From positions 310,001 to 374,000 of the forward strand of contig NW_026782563.1 in the NCBI RefSeq assembly GCF_031769215.1: a DNA stretch of 64,000 nt, given 5' to 3'. Below the pieces are notes generated by a model. It was not told the origin of the DNA. It worked only from the letters and a program-made list of their open reading frames with translations, and ran no database searches. Both the position numbers and the translations under genes were made by a program. Every line of letters begins with the position of its first letter. Position 1 is the stretch's first letter. Of the stretch, positions 12,001-24,653 are shown piece after piece. The stretch comes from Ylistrum balloti. Its lineage: Eukaryota.

Positions 12001-14525
12001 TATGCTTCCTGATGTAATTAATTACATTATCAACTGATTGTGTGTTCAATATTCATAGAAAGTGAATGCATTCTCCACTGCAGTGATATTTTCTTTTTTT
12101 TTGTGACTTAAGCTGAAATAACTCTCTTAACTAAAATTTGCATAAGGATAATTATTATTGTCAATTAGCATCTTTATGCTGCATTACATGAAGTTTGTTC
12201 TTGCTAAAACACAAGAAAATATAAATATCATGGTACTTATGATTGATTATCAGGTATGAAAAATTACAATCAATCATTGCCTCCGATGAGGTTAAATAAT
12301 TAGATATTCAATTAAATTTGACCACTGTCCCATCACTAATACCCATGTCATGAAGCACTGAGTATTGAAGCAAGAATATGTGTTTACATGTCACAATGTT
12401 CAACTTTTGAAATAGTAATTCAAACATCTTTGTTTGAACTAACATTTTTCGCTTCATGTATAGATCTTTAACAAGACTTTAATTTACAGTCAAGTGTGAT
12501 TTAGTTTTGTCTTGTTATGGTTAATGAATTATTGATGAAATCCTAATGATCATTTCTAATGGAGTGAAATAGACTGAATTACTGCAAAATGATAGTCAAT
12601 CTCCAACTGAGTGTTCAACCTATAACAATTTGCCACTTATACCTGATTCTGAATAGTAATCCTCCAGATTTTCAACTCCTTGCTCATTAACTCTGATAAT
12701 TTTTCCTGCAAGAAGGTCTTTTCCTGTTCGCCTACAAGGAACACAAAGTAAAACAGAAAAAATTACAGCAGAAAACCAATAACTGTTGTACCTGGCCAGT
12801 CATGATCAGAAGCTACAACTGCTCAAGGTAACCATGCAGTTAAGACAGGACTTCTGTAGAATTTTATGAAAGAAATTTACTCTTAAGAATGTTAACTTTG
12901 ACAACTCATAATGCACCTAAAATCAAACACTTGCATGTCATATTTCTTTTTCAATTCTCCTTGATTCAATTGATTCTTGATACAGCTTACTAACACTAAC
13001 AACTGACATTTCATCATATCTATGGGTATGACAAGAGGATTAATACATATCTGTATGCATTTCACAACATTTTTGTAATCTGTACATACCATCCTATATT
13101 TTTGTTCTTCAGTGGATTGACAAAGAAATCTTTCTTCTTCTTCTGAAAAATAATTTTCAACTGAATTAAGAGAACAATATGTACAACATTTTTTGAAATA
13201 CATTTATTTTTTGAAAATATTACAATCAATTCAATTTATCTTAAGGAGGTACTGCAATGAAGTAAAATAAGGTTGATACAGACAGGGGAGAAATTCAGTA
13301 AAATATTATTTCAAAAATTTCTCCTATATGTATCATGACAAGGGCAGTTTTCTTTGTATTAAACAGAACAGAATACCTACCTTAGGCACATTACAATTAG
13401 AAAAAAAATGCATGAAAACCATGTATCTTTTATATATAGACTCTGGTCTATTTTACACAAAATCCTATTTGTAGTGTGTCTCTTTGCCTTTGATGACAGG
13501 ACTTTTTCTGCGGGCACCGTGGGGGTGGATATGGGCTCAATCCCCAAATGTATTTATCTCATATGGTTAAATTTCTCAAATATATAAGATATCATAAGAT
13601 GTGTCATCTCCAGTTCAGGACTTATATATATGCAAGTCCTGTATACCAGACTCAAAAATACATTTTAGATATTACAATTATTATGCATAGTCCTCTTGCA
13701 AATATACATTAATTACACAATTTGATAAGTATGTGATTGCAATTCTGTAAGTAAAGGAGATTTTCCATTGTTTGTCTAATTGATTTTAAAATTTGGTTAT
13801 ATTATTTGCTGAAATGACATGTTCATGGTATTTATTCCCAAATGGTTGTTGATTAAACTGAAGACGAGTGGGAGACAATCCTAGGTAGAAAAACCAAAAA
13901 TAATGAGTTTAGGACTCCATGTATGCAGCTTACAGTGAAAACATATCCCAAGACATTCATATTGATTATTGATGCAACATCACCAGTGCTTTGGACAAAT
14001 CCAATACTAACAGACTGAAATTCAATGAATAAATTGTGAGCAATCTGTAAACCTGGGCCCGTATTCATGAAACCGTTCTCATGCTTAAGCATGAATTTTG
14101 TGCTCAAGCCTTATGTCTTGTTAAAGTTAAAAATTGATAAATAAGACTGATTTTGCCAAAGATTTAAAATAAATTTTGAAGGGACTTCAAATCAAAGTTT
14201 AATTCAATGTTTATATTTGACATTTGTATTATTTTATATGATTTAGGCGAATTATGAAAAAGTCTGCTTGAGCACAAAATCTATGCTTGAGCATGAGAAC
14301 GGTTTCATGAATACGGGCCCTGGTTTCTCGCGATTTCAATTTATTTCGTAAACTTTGGTCTGTTATAAATGTCGTCAGAAAAATATTCTCAGATGTTGAC
14401 AACTTGACATAACAATATCCCACATTTTCGAATCGACGAGAGTTTCCGAAATAAATGCATGAATCAGGAACATTTCTAGTTAAAACCAGGAAACAATAAC
14501 ATGAAGATTTTACCGGTTTCCCCAT
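7..14525 (-). CDS. CENPC: Centromere protein C-like (Mif2/Cnp3/CENP-C family), 5' portion; gene continues beyond the left edge
   Basis: Minus-strand exons, joined in frame with GT-AG: 14514-14525 (MGKP), 13090-13142 (KKKKDFFVNPLKNKNIG), 12643-12731 (RTGKDLLAGKIIRVNEQGVENLEDYYSES), 11646-11794, 10967-11028 (QLGSSQSSNMFAWLKNKNIG), 10710-10801 (RTGKDVLAGKVITKNSHGFDNIEDYFSESS), 9811-9905, 2380-2420, 1898-1962, ~783-1278 (S/T/E/K-rich), ~614-684, 7-66. The phase of the 783/684 junction is unresolved. The motif resembles the recalled Cnp3/Mif2 N-terminus (G-R-K-T-G...D-x-x-G-F-E-D-M-D-x-Y-F). The diagnostic CENP-C motif and cupin domain would lie outside the window. Confidence 0.65.
3962..6312 (-). 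CDS. DDE_Tnp_4-type transposase with N-terminal Cys/His clusters, HTH-like region and C-terminal SWIM zinc finger; two exons
   Basis: Exons 4964-6312 and 3962-4685 with a GT-AG intron at 4686-4963 (AG|gtaagg ... tttttcag|A). Splicing restores the conserved ...VTKIR-WVVEAVNGRLK. Catalytic triad candidates: IDGTY, VDRGF, VVEAVN. SWIM motif WYCTCRAGARVVGTCSHVAS. About 690 aa, no internal stops or frameshifts. Confidence 0.9.
8018..8095 (-). pseudogene. tRNA-derived (SINE-head-like) sequence inside the transposon
   Basis: Minus strand gccgctgTAGTGTAATGGtgaagg...ggcgaGTTCAAATCgcgggcaca has A and B boxes at tRNA-like spacing. The T-stem pairs only 3/5, so it is not a functional tRNA. Confidence 0.55.
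10170..10230 (-). mobile_element. Short tRNA-derived SINE head remnant
   Basis: Minus strand TGGCTCAGTTGGTAGAGC is a tRNA A-box/D-arm signature. No B box recognised. Confidence 0.3.
14056..14319. mobile_element. PIF/Harbinger-type MITE, 264 bp, in intron 1 of the CENP-C-like gene
   Basis: ~37-bp near-perfect TIR GGCCCGTATTCATGAAACCGTTCTCATGCTyAAGCAT at both ends. 3-bp TSD CTG (14053-14055, 14320-14322), a CWG type. Confidence 0.85.
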
Positions 14526-15296
14526 AGCTAGAACATGTAGTTGAATCCTCAGAGAATTACACTTGTTTTCGTCTTTTGATTATACCGCCTTTTTCATTTT
14601 GACCCATTTTTCAAATGAACGGAAGTGGCTTTTGTATCAAAATTTTAGAGTTTATTAGTATGTCATTATCCGGAACTGGGACTAAACTGTTTAAAAAAGT
14701 TCGGACTCAAAACGTATACTACGGTATGTTATCTGCATACAAAAGATATGATTTTTACCGCTAAAGCATTGCGAGGTACATCAAATGATTATATTGAAAA
14801 AAAAAGAAATCAAAATAGTTCCGTTTATGGTGACCAATCATATTCGTTGAAAAAGAACTTCCGCGGGAGCATCAAATGCAAGATCTGGCATAGTGGTAAA
14901 TCAACTTCAACGTCAAATGTTTAATGTAATCTTAGGATCTCCATATAAAAGAGCATTTTTGTGATCCAGCAAAGTTGTTTAAATAGTAATATAACCGGAA
15001 TCTACCGGTCAAATCGGGGACTGAGGTTAGTGGTATTTACTGACCATTTGACAGAAAACATTTTACCATGGAGGCACAGTGTTAGACTTCCAAACTTCTG
15101 TAACACACTATGAAAATAGGTCAGTGCAAGAGCAAACGGATCTGTTATAGGTTCCTAATGAGTAAAATATTTCAGAGATTGCTAGGATCTTTACTGCAAC
15201 ATTTCAGGCATATTCTAAATTAGTTTCATTAATCTTAGAAACTTTGGTGATATACTTTCAGAAAAGTCCAGTTATGAACACCTTTAAGACAAAATC
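14526..15296. promoter_or_regulatory. Putative bidirectional promoter between the CENP-C-like gene and HAUS3
   Basis: The divergent ATGs are 771 bp apart. Local CpG enrichment; CHR-like TTTGAA (minus, 14610-14615), ETS-like CGGAAGTG (14620-14627), CCAAT (14834-14838), E2F-like TTCCGCGGGA (~14859-14868). An acceptor at ~15261 implies a HAUS3 5'-UTR exon. Confidence 0.55.
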
Positions 15297-18200
15297 ATGA
15301 GTGGACGACAGTTTGTGGATACACTGATTCAACTTGGCTACCCCAAGGCTGAGAGCCTGGACCCCCAAAGCTTTGAGTGGATGTTTGAGGGGGATGGGGT
15401 AGCGCCATTTCTGGACTGGTTTTGTAATAACGTAGGCAACACCAATGTACTTCATCCCAAAGATATTCAGGAGTAAGTCTGATTTTTGTTCAGGAAATTA
15501 CTAATAAATTACTGTCAGCATGTTCATAAATTTTGTGTAGATTTTAATTTATTTTTTATTGTATTGAAGCTTACATATTTATGTATACATGTGCATTGTA
15601 CTAAATCCAAATTGTTGGTCTCTATATGACATGTTATATATATGTCATATATGTAGGAAAATGAATTGCAACTTATAATCTGTAATTAAGGACATCAAAG
15701 TATGATTCACCAGATGAAAAGAACAAGTGGTCAATGCTTAAAATATTCTTAGTCAAAGTTGGAATGGGTTTAAAGATGTATCATTAGCTTGAAAATGTAC
15801 TGAACAGTTATATCAGGGCAGGATTGTTACCAGATTGATGCAGCATATACTAAGTCTTCATAAAAATGATATATCATTTAGTATTGACAAATTTAGGAAA
15901 GACTTACCATCCACTCTGAAATCTGCATTGATGTGTCACTGAAATTTGATTACTCATGCAGGTATGAGAAGCTTAGAGATTCAGAGGAGGGTATTTTACA
16001 AGGAAGTCAGCTGGAGGAAGCTTTACGATCTGTCACTGTCGGCGAGGAGGATAATCTCACTGATGACCAGCTCAGGTCAGTAACCAGCCATGCCCCAACA
16101 TTTTTATCAAAGTTTATAGAATTAGTACTTTCAACTAATTACATGAAATCAAACTTTAAATGAGTTAAAAGTAAGGACTGGTTAGCCTATTGTCAGTATG
16201 ATGCAGTCCAGATGGGTGTCATTGTGCCCTGTCCTGGTTATTACATTTCAGAGTGATGGACAGTATCGTCATATGAACTTGGCTTTTGTGAAATCCAAAG
16301 CACAAACAATCTACATAAAAAACTGCTTATAAAACTCCTACCAAAGCGAAATGAACCTGAATAGATTGGATATGAATTCAGAAGAGATTCTTGTTTGATC
16401 TGACTTAATCATAAGACTCATAGGGAAGAAATGCATCATTTTATGAGTTTGCACTGCTAAAATGGGTATTGATCAGTGAACACACACTTGATGAAAACTT
16501 GAAAAATGTTTCAAAACGGTTGCTGGTTTTCATTTCTTATTTGGTGAAATTTGGATATGTTACATTAATACTAAAGTATAACACCTTCCCATCCTACTGT
16601 CGTAATTTTGAAATTAATCCCAAATATTTTTTGCCTACCTATAGAAAGGCCATTAATCAGACTGAGCATGACCTTAGGATAAAGAAGAAGAGAAAGCAGG
16701 TTCTAATTCAAAAGAGGAATAAGCTGAGGTGAGTATGATAAAAAAAATTATCATATGTACACCAGCTGCTTATTTAGTACATATGATTTTGAATATTTTT
16801 CCCTTGATTTTTTTAACTGATGCAAACATTTTGTTGATCAAGACGAGACATATATAACACTAAAATGTGTCCACACACAGGAGAGTCCTCATACTTATAC
16901 GTCATCCACATTTTGAATAATATCTAGCCATAGTTGTGTTGAACAGATTCTTCAAATTCATTACAATTTTATCCAGAATTTGAATTAATTACTCTCTAAC
17001 TTTTGCATATTAAAGTTGATATCTATCTATGAAGAGCAAGTAATCATTTATAACCAGTATTTTGCATCATCAGTTTACATCAGACAAGTCTTAGTCATCG
17101 ATTGTCCAAGGTCAAGAGCACAGAGGCCAAAGTCAAATCTCAGTTTAAACACTGTAAGGAGCAATGCCGAACGGACAGCACACAGGTATTTATACTCTTG
17201 AACCTGTCTATAAAAACCATTCAAGGGAGGTGAGAAATGTAATCTTTATATAGTGGCTTCAGTTAATGTGAATTTCATTACATTTGTACTCGGACCAGTA
17301 GCCATTATAAACAGGTAGTTATTGTAATTGTGTGGTCTTAAAGGCAGACTTGGCTGTACTTATTTATACGTAAGTATACTGGTATGTATGTATGTGTTAA
17401 TGGAAGTTTAAGAATATTTCAGAATAGTAGATTTTTTTTATGTAAGTGTCTTTATTTCTAACTTAATGTCATAGATATGTATGGATTTATATACCTTGAA
17501 ACTACAGTCCTTTAAGATGATTGATACTAATATTTCTTATTTTGTAATTTACTGTCACTTGATTGTAATTATATGATTAAAGATATAAAAATACCCAGCA
17601 TCTTAACAAATGAAGTATAATTGAACTTTAAATAATGTACTTCATGTCCAGATGAATGCCAATGTGGAAAACTTGGTCCGGTCTGTTGAGGATCTTCACA
17701 ACCTGTACAAGTCTGACAATGGAAATAACTCGCCCAATTTCCTGTCCCAGATATCACTTGGTGAATATGCAAATGCAGAGGAGAAATTTTCACAGGAACT
17801 GACAGCTTTCACAAAGAAACAGTTCTTTGAGGTATAGAGATAATTGTTCAAAGATACTAGAATATACAGTTGACTTTCTTTGAATGAAGTTGCTGGTATC
17901 TCCTCCCGTACATTACATAATTTAAGATTATATGAAGAAGGATATCTTTCTGGATTATTCAATAAACATTAAACATTCTAACTTATAAAATGGACAGTAA
18001 TATCATAATGGTCTCAAGAATTCCCTAAAAACTCAAAAAATAAGACACAGTGTATGTAAAGCAAATGCACTTAAGTTTATGTAAGAAACTACAGACTTCA
18101 AGATAGGCTTAACTTTGACATCCACTTATTAACAAGTTTTTAAGAGTAATTTTCACAAGGTTCAAGAAAAAGGAGGCAAGTTAGGATTATAATGACAGAA

Positions 18201-21200
18201 TTTAAAAAATTATGGTTTTGTAATCAGTGTCTTGCTAAAGACAGACCACTGTGTTAGAATAAGTATACAAGATGTGATGTCTATACAGGGTATATCTGAG
18301 ATAGCTGGTGAAGAAGAAGAGGTCTCACGATACCAGATCTTGGAAATCAGTGATCCAGACAGTTTGCTCATCCGTGGGGAGCGACAAGAAGTCAACCTCA
18401 GTGAATGTAAAGAGCTTGCAAGGATACAGGATCTGTAAGTTACTGGAGCTTTTACAGAAATGAAGTTACCAGAAAATCTTCGTACAAATTTCCTCAAACT
18501 TGGCTGGAGTTTCTAAAATTACAGATCTTTTTCATGACCCTCTTTTATCAAGGACATTTAAAGTCCAGTAAGAAATTTATTTGTTTTGGCCAGAGTAAAT
18601 ATAGCTTTTTTGGCAATTGAAAAATTAGATTTGAGAATCTGGATATTTCTAAAATGTAGTTGCTATAAAAACTTCATGTTAAAGTTAAATATGTTCTTGT
18701 CCAATACTTTGCACATCAGGTCCCATTACTTGTGTGCTGAATGATCAAATGATTAAAATACATCTCATTTTATAAAGACTTCGATACATGACAGGTATCC
18801 CAAGAGTGAGTCTAAAAGAATTGATGCCTTAATGAAGAACACAGTAGCAAGTCAGTGTCTAAAATGTGCAGAGAATTTACTACATTCAATCCAAGCTGGA
18901 CAGTTTGGAACCAACATACAGGATATAAAGTAAGAGACACACCCCTCCTCACATTCATATTCATGGTGATTATATCAGAAATGCTAGATAGTAGTTATGA
19001 TAGTTCAATGACAGTTTTACCAAATATTGGTCCAAACATACATAATACTTGCATGATAATGCTGTGCTCTTGGTTACTTTGCTTGAATAAAGGTATGAAT
19101 AAGCTCACCGTTATCTGGTGCTGCTCAGTAAAATACCAATAAATGTAATATTATTTCATTATTGGGGATGAATGATAATGAAGTTTACAATGAATATAAA
19201 TTATTTTATATTTCATTGAACCATGCAATGCACGATTTACTACAATAAGAAGTTGACAAACATGTATTCCAGCCCTATTATTGCTATTAAACAACTATAA
19301 TTTTGCATTACATATTATCTTTCTGAGACACAGGTTGTTTACCATAGATACCCTTTCATGGCTTGTCAATTTGTTGGTATAAAGTAGATGTCTTAAATAC
19401 CATATCACATACCATTTCCTAATTTTGTATGCAAGAACTTCTTGTCATATTGATCGATAGATGGGTAATTAAATGAGGTTGTATTCCCCATGATATACAA
19501 TGTTATGGCTTTGGTTAATTTTTAGTTCAAAACTTTTGACAGAATTTCTGAATAATTCCTACTGATTGATGAGTAATGTGTCCTGTTTGATATGGCATTG
19601 ATGATGCATTGTATGGCATTTAGCCAATGGATATATTTCAGAAGTTTAAGCGGTATGATTTTCTAGTTTTGCAGACTGTATTGAGTTACTTGATGTAGAT
19701 GTATCATAACATCAGGTTCTACACCTGATCAAATTCTAGTTTGCGTAGGAGTAGTGGGTACATGTCTTCTAGTCTACATATTTTATGGTTCTGTTTCTAT
19801 TCCAGTAAGCAGTGTCAGGAGAGACATGAAAATGTGAGTCAGGTTAATCGAGACCTTTACAAGCTACGAGAGACTGACATTCCCTCCCTTATCATGGAGA
19901 GCACATCCTCCCAGGTAGCAAGGATACTGACAGGAGACTACAACCTGAAGCTGAGTCGGCAAGACTACTTTGTATGCAACCAGGATCAGGTAAGTCTACA
20001 GAAAGTTTTAGATAAACTTACTGCTAATTGATACTGGGACTAGGTTTAACGGATAGATTATGAATAAACCAGTTGTGTATACTTGTGTATTATCTTCTAG
20101 TATAGGTGTGAAGGATGAGGGAATGATATATGCAATTATACTTTTTGTTGTTTTTTTATACTAAATACAAATGGTCACATGTGGGCATGCAATAAAACAT
20201 TTTAAATGCTCTGCGTAACCTTATATATCACTGCTTTGATGAATATTGCTATTAAGTATATTCCCAGATTTACATGGGCATTGAGAGTTGAAACTTAGCA
20301 TTGGTCTTTACTGACCTATTGGAATTAAAGTCTATTTCATATATGCATACAAGTATCCAGATTTGAAGTCTAACAATTTTTATTTTTTAGATTTTTGCAT
20401 TGGTTTTCCTGACCAATTTGGGAATTTGCCACCTGGCAGAAATTAGCAATTTTTATGCTCCTGTCAATTTTTCAGGGGAGCATGTAGTTGCTGTTCTGTC
20501 CATCTTTCCGTTAGTCTCCGAAGCTTCACTTTGTCTACGGTCAAGTACAGACCATGAAACTTGATGTATACATTGGTCTTACTAAGATGATAAACAGTGT
20601 ACCAAATTCAGGGTCCGCAAGCTCTTAATTACAGACATTGTGCCCTTTGCTAAAACTTCATGCCCAGAGCCTAAGTTTGCTTTCATTTCACCTGGGAAAG
20701 TGAAACTTAATGTACGCATTTGTCTTGGCAGTGTTTGAAACTGAGGGTCTGCAACCCTTTTTTTACAGAGTTATTGGCCTTTATTTAATTTTTTGTGCAT
20801 GGAGCATAACTAACTAGGATAAAGAAACTTGATGTGAACATTTGTCTTACTAAGAGGATGTGCAATGTACCAAATTCAGGGCTTGAATCTTCTCAATTAC
20901 AGAATTATGGCCCCTGTCAAATTCTGTATCCAATATACTGGTAGTTGTTTTCAGGAGCATTCATCATTTTCACTCATATTCTTGTTTGTACCTGGTATGG
21001 CAAAATGGAAAGTAGTGAGGGAAATGTGAAACATGGACTGCTGTATTAGGGGCAAAATTGGAACATGGACTGCTGGATTTTATGTCCACATCAAAATACC
21101 ATATTTAAAGATTTTAGCAATTCTGAGATTGGGAAAAGTAAGCAATAACTACAGTAAGGAATACGGCCTTGATTTGGACCCAAAGATCTTGTCAGGAAAG

Positions 21201-24200
21201 AGTATTGTATTTTATTTATAAATATCAGATTGTATGTCATGTGACTTCAGGTTATCAGTGAGCTGGTCAGACAGCGGTCAAGAAATGAGTTCTTAACAAT
21301 GGCATTTGAGGTGGAGACTCAAGGTCACCGTGACACACATCGCTTGCTGACAGCCATCCGACAGCAACTACAGTTACAATTACACTCTTGGTCTAGTCGA
21401 ATGGTAAATAAGCTTGTCAGTAGTATTGTATTGTCAAATTAATATTGATGAAAATATTGAATTAATTTAGAAAGCACATGTTATGTAGTAAGGGGTTTGT
21501 GGAAGAATGTTAAACAAAATAACTCGCAACTTCATTTCTGTTTACTATCAGAACTATTATCAAATACTCTGTATATACATTTTGTAAGAAATCAAAGTAT
21601 TCTGCTACAGAAGTGTTGAAAAATTTATATAATTGTATCTTTTAAACTGAGAAACGGACCGGTCATTGCTGGCATGGTTGTGTACATTGGAAAGCTACTT
21701 TACTCTAATTACTGCGGATGGTGTGGAACAGGTCTCCCTTATGTTGTTCCATGAGGTAGCCACCAAAGAGACCATCCACCAAATAACCCTTTCTATTCAT
21801 GGGGAGATAAACCCAACAAACGTATCATATAAACTTGTTGATGTTTCAGTCAATGATGGAGGAACCATCCCTGAGTGTGTCAAAGTATGAGCGAGGAACA
21901 GTGGACTCCAGAGACAAATTTACATCACGGCTTCACCATATGTTAGGTAAGTAAATGTTTTAGAGGGTATGGTGGCTTTTCCTCTCCTTTCAAGGCTTTT
22001 ACGAGATATTTTTGACTTGTGTGACTGATTTTTTTTTCTCAATTTTGAAACTATTCATCCTTGCAACCTTTTAGAAGTCTCGATAAAGCCTTTTCAAAAT
22101 ATACTTACATGTACAAAGAATTTCCTCATGCCAGAAAATGGGAGTCTGGTTGGTAAACTAGCAACAATTTATACATTAATCTTCAGAAATTTGGAAAATA
22201 TAGATTTAAAATGTCACAATTTGGGTACTCTCACATTAGTTCTATTGTTGTTCTTGGCCAATTCTTTAGACTTAGGTACAATAAAAGTTCTGTTTGGAAT
22301 TGATGTAATTATGAGAGGTTAGTTATGACATACTCACATTTTCAGTTGACAAGGGTGATAAAGGAAGTGATCAACTGTTCCTAACCTTTAATGGGCTGGT
22401 TGAAGGAGCGCATCGACTGAAGTGTGAAAGTGATGCAGCCCAACACACACTGATGTCTACAGCAGTCCGACATGAAAACAGACTAGACTTATTGTAAGTA
22501 TCACACTGTCCATCAGAACCTGATGACGATATACCTAGTATATCGAAACATGTCAACTGCCAATAAATCCAGTTGAGATCTTCTGACAGATGTTGTCTGG
22601 TCATCTGGTCTGTTTACTTCCATAATTATCCTGACCCGGACCCTTTATTTCATCAGATGTTGTCCGGTCATCTGGTTTGTTTACTTCCATAATTACCCTG
22701 ATATGGACCCTTTATTTCACCAGATGTTGTCTGGTCATCTAGTCTGTTTACTTCCATAATTATCCTGATACGAACCCTTTATTTCATCAGATGTTGTCTG
22801 GTCATCTGGTCTGTTTACTTCCATAATTATCCTGATACAAACCCTGTATTTCATCAGATGTTGTCTGGTCATCTGGTCTGTTTACTTCCATAATTATCCT
22901 GACCCGGACCCTTTATTTCATCAGATGTTGTCGGGTCATCTGGTTTGTTTACTTCCATAATTACCCTGATATGGACCCTGTATTTCATCAGATGTTGTCT
23001 GGTCATCTGGTCTGTTTACTTCCATAATTACCCTGATATGGACCCTTTATTTCACCAGATGTTGTCTGGTCATCTGGTCTGTTTACTTCCATAATTACCC
23101 TGATATGGACCCTTTATTTCACCAGATGTTGTCTGGTCATCTAGTCTGTTTACTTCCATAATTATCCTGACCCGGACCCTTTATTTCATCAGATGTTGTC
23201 CGGTCATCTAGTTTGTTTACTTCCATAATTACCCTGATATGGACCGTGTATTTCATCAGATGTTGTCTGGTCATCTGGTCTGTTTACTTCCATAATTACC
23301 CTGATATGGACCCTTTATTTCATCAGATGTTGTCTGGTCATCTGGTCTGTTTACTTCCATAATTATCCTGATACAAACCCTGTATTTCATCAGATGTTGT
23401 CTGGTCATCTGGTCTGTTTACTTCCATAATTATCCTGATATGCACCCTGTATTTAATCAGGAATCCGTCTACAGAAGAATACCGACCTTCACTAAATCCA
23501 GGACACTCAGACATTGGATCTCATTTCTGTTGTATTGTTATATTTTGTTTAATATGACTCAATGAGACAATGACTGACAACTTTTTAGAGCTTTTGAAAA
23601 CCAAAGTTATGCAAATGACTGAGTCTTGACAACAGTTCCCTTTTTGGTGAATGGACAAAATAAGTCAGCTGTCAAATTGTCAGGACACATTTTTGTTCCA
23701 ACGGCACTCTTATGTTGCAGGCAGTCTTAGGGACAGTTTAGATCTCATCCATTTAATCCATTTATCAGATGTTAAATTGGTATTGTTATTCATTATCTAC
23801 AGCAACTTATACAATTTTCTACTACATATATATTCTGTGATTTGAAAAGTGATTGCTTTAAACCAATTAGGAATCTTTTAGTTAAATATCAACACATAGG
23901 TTGACAACTGGTCAAGGACCAGGAACCACCATGAGAAATTATTTAATTCAAGTTATGATAAATTTGCATTCTATCTGATATTAACCCTATATACAATTTC
24001 TTTATTGTCGAAGTCCTCCTGTTGATTGCTGACTTGACTGGAATATCCATTTAAAAAGATGATAATTATTGCAGAGAGAGTAATCTGATGGCCTGTCTGG
24101 ATCTGGTGTATGCTGGTTCAAGTACCACAAGTGGTCAGCCAACACTGATACCTAGACAATTGTTGGACTCTCTAACCACACTCGACAACTTGATAAAAAG

Positions 24201-24653
24201 ACTGGAAAAGTCCATCAAAGATGTGGTCAAGGAATTGGAGATTAAGAAACAGGTAGTTGAGACAACCAAGAATGAAAAATATTTCACCAAAAAATATCAC
24301 TTTAATGTAAATGTAATTTAAAGCAGAAATTGAGAAAAAGGTCTAACATAGATGTTACATGAATTTTTTATTATTGAGTTCTGTTTCAAAGTACAATACA
24401 TCTGATTGGTCAAAGTGGTTGAAACATGATGGAAGACTAGCAAACAATCATCATTTTGTCAAAATAATTTCCATTAACTTGGCAAATGTGTCAATACTTT
24501 AAGATATGAGTATTTAAATTTCAGACGCTGAGGAATGATCCCCTCCTTCATAGAGAGAGAAAGATGTTTGCATACTTCTTCAATAATCCAGCCAATATGA
24601 AACAGCTGTTTGATGTACTATCATCTCAGCTGCAAGCAAGTCGAGTCAACTGA
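15297..24653 (+). CDS. HAUS3: HAUS augmin-like complex subunit 3, complete, 13 coding exons (~610 aa)
   Basis: Exons 15297-15472, 15962-16075, 16645-16728, 17074-17185, 17652-17831, 18289-18434, 18795-18929, 19806-19989, 21251-21403, 21850-21946, 22346-22493, 24075-24252, 24525-24653, all GT-AG and in frame. N-terminus MSGRQFVDTLIQLGYPKAESLDPQSFEWMFE...FLDWFC matches recalled HAUS3 (FVETLKKIGYPKA...FDWLFE...FLKWFC). Also GDYNLKLSRQDYF, and a C-terminal RERKMFAYFF. Confidence 0.93.
16172..16275 (+). mobile_element. Degenerate molluscan SINE-like remnant
   Basis: gtaaggactggttagcc...tttcagagtg resembles the recalled central domain of common bivalve SINEs. Heavily decayed. Confidence 0.25.
20450..20986 (+). 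mobile_element. HINE-like non-autonomous Helentron derivative in a HAUS3 intron
   Basis: 5' ttttATGCTCCTG with a nearby CAGGGGAGCAT hairpin partner; internal repeated core (gaaacttgatgt...accaaattcaggg...ttatggccc); 3' subterminal CAGGAGCAT (20952-20960) and a ...cttgtt end. This matches the bivalve HINE/DINE-like layout. Confidence 0.6.
22587..23457. repeat. 67-bp minisatellite, 13 copies, in HAUS3 intron 11
   Basis: Unit cagatgttgtctggtcatctggtctgtttacttccataattaycctga...gaccctktatttcay recurs exactly every 67 bp (22587, 22654, ... 23391). Confidence 0.97.

Noticed and set aside
13930-14006. Possible third copy of the CENP-C N-terminal motif (STGDVASIINMNVLGY), with VENYFSEE near 13150
   Set aside because: The resemblance is weak and the phases do not join. 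The 13090-13142 exon reads convincingly in another frame (LKNKNIG).
19560-19730. Possible intronic box C/D snoRNA
   Set aside because: The boxes are degenerate, there is no terminal stem and the spacing is unconvincing.
22587-23457. CRISPR-like appearance of the regular 67-bp array
   Set aside because: There are no unique spacers and no cas genes. It is a minisatellite in a eukaryotic intron.
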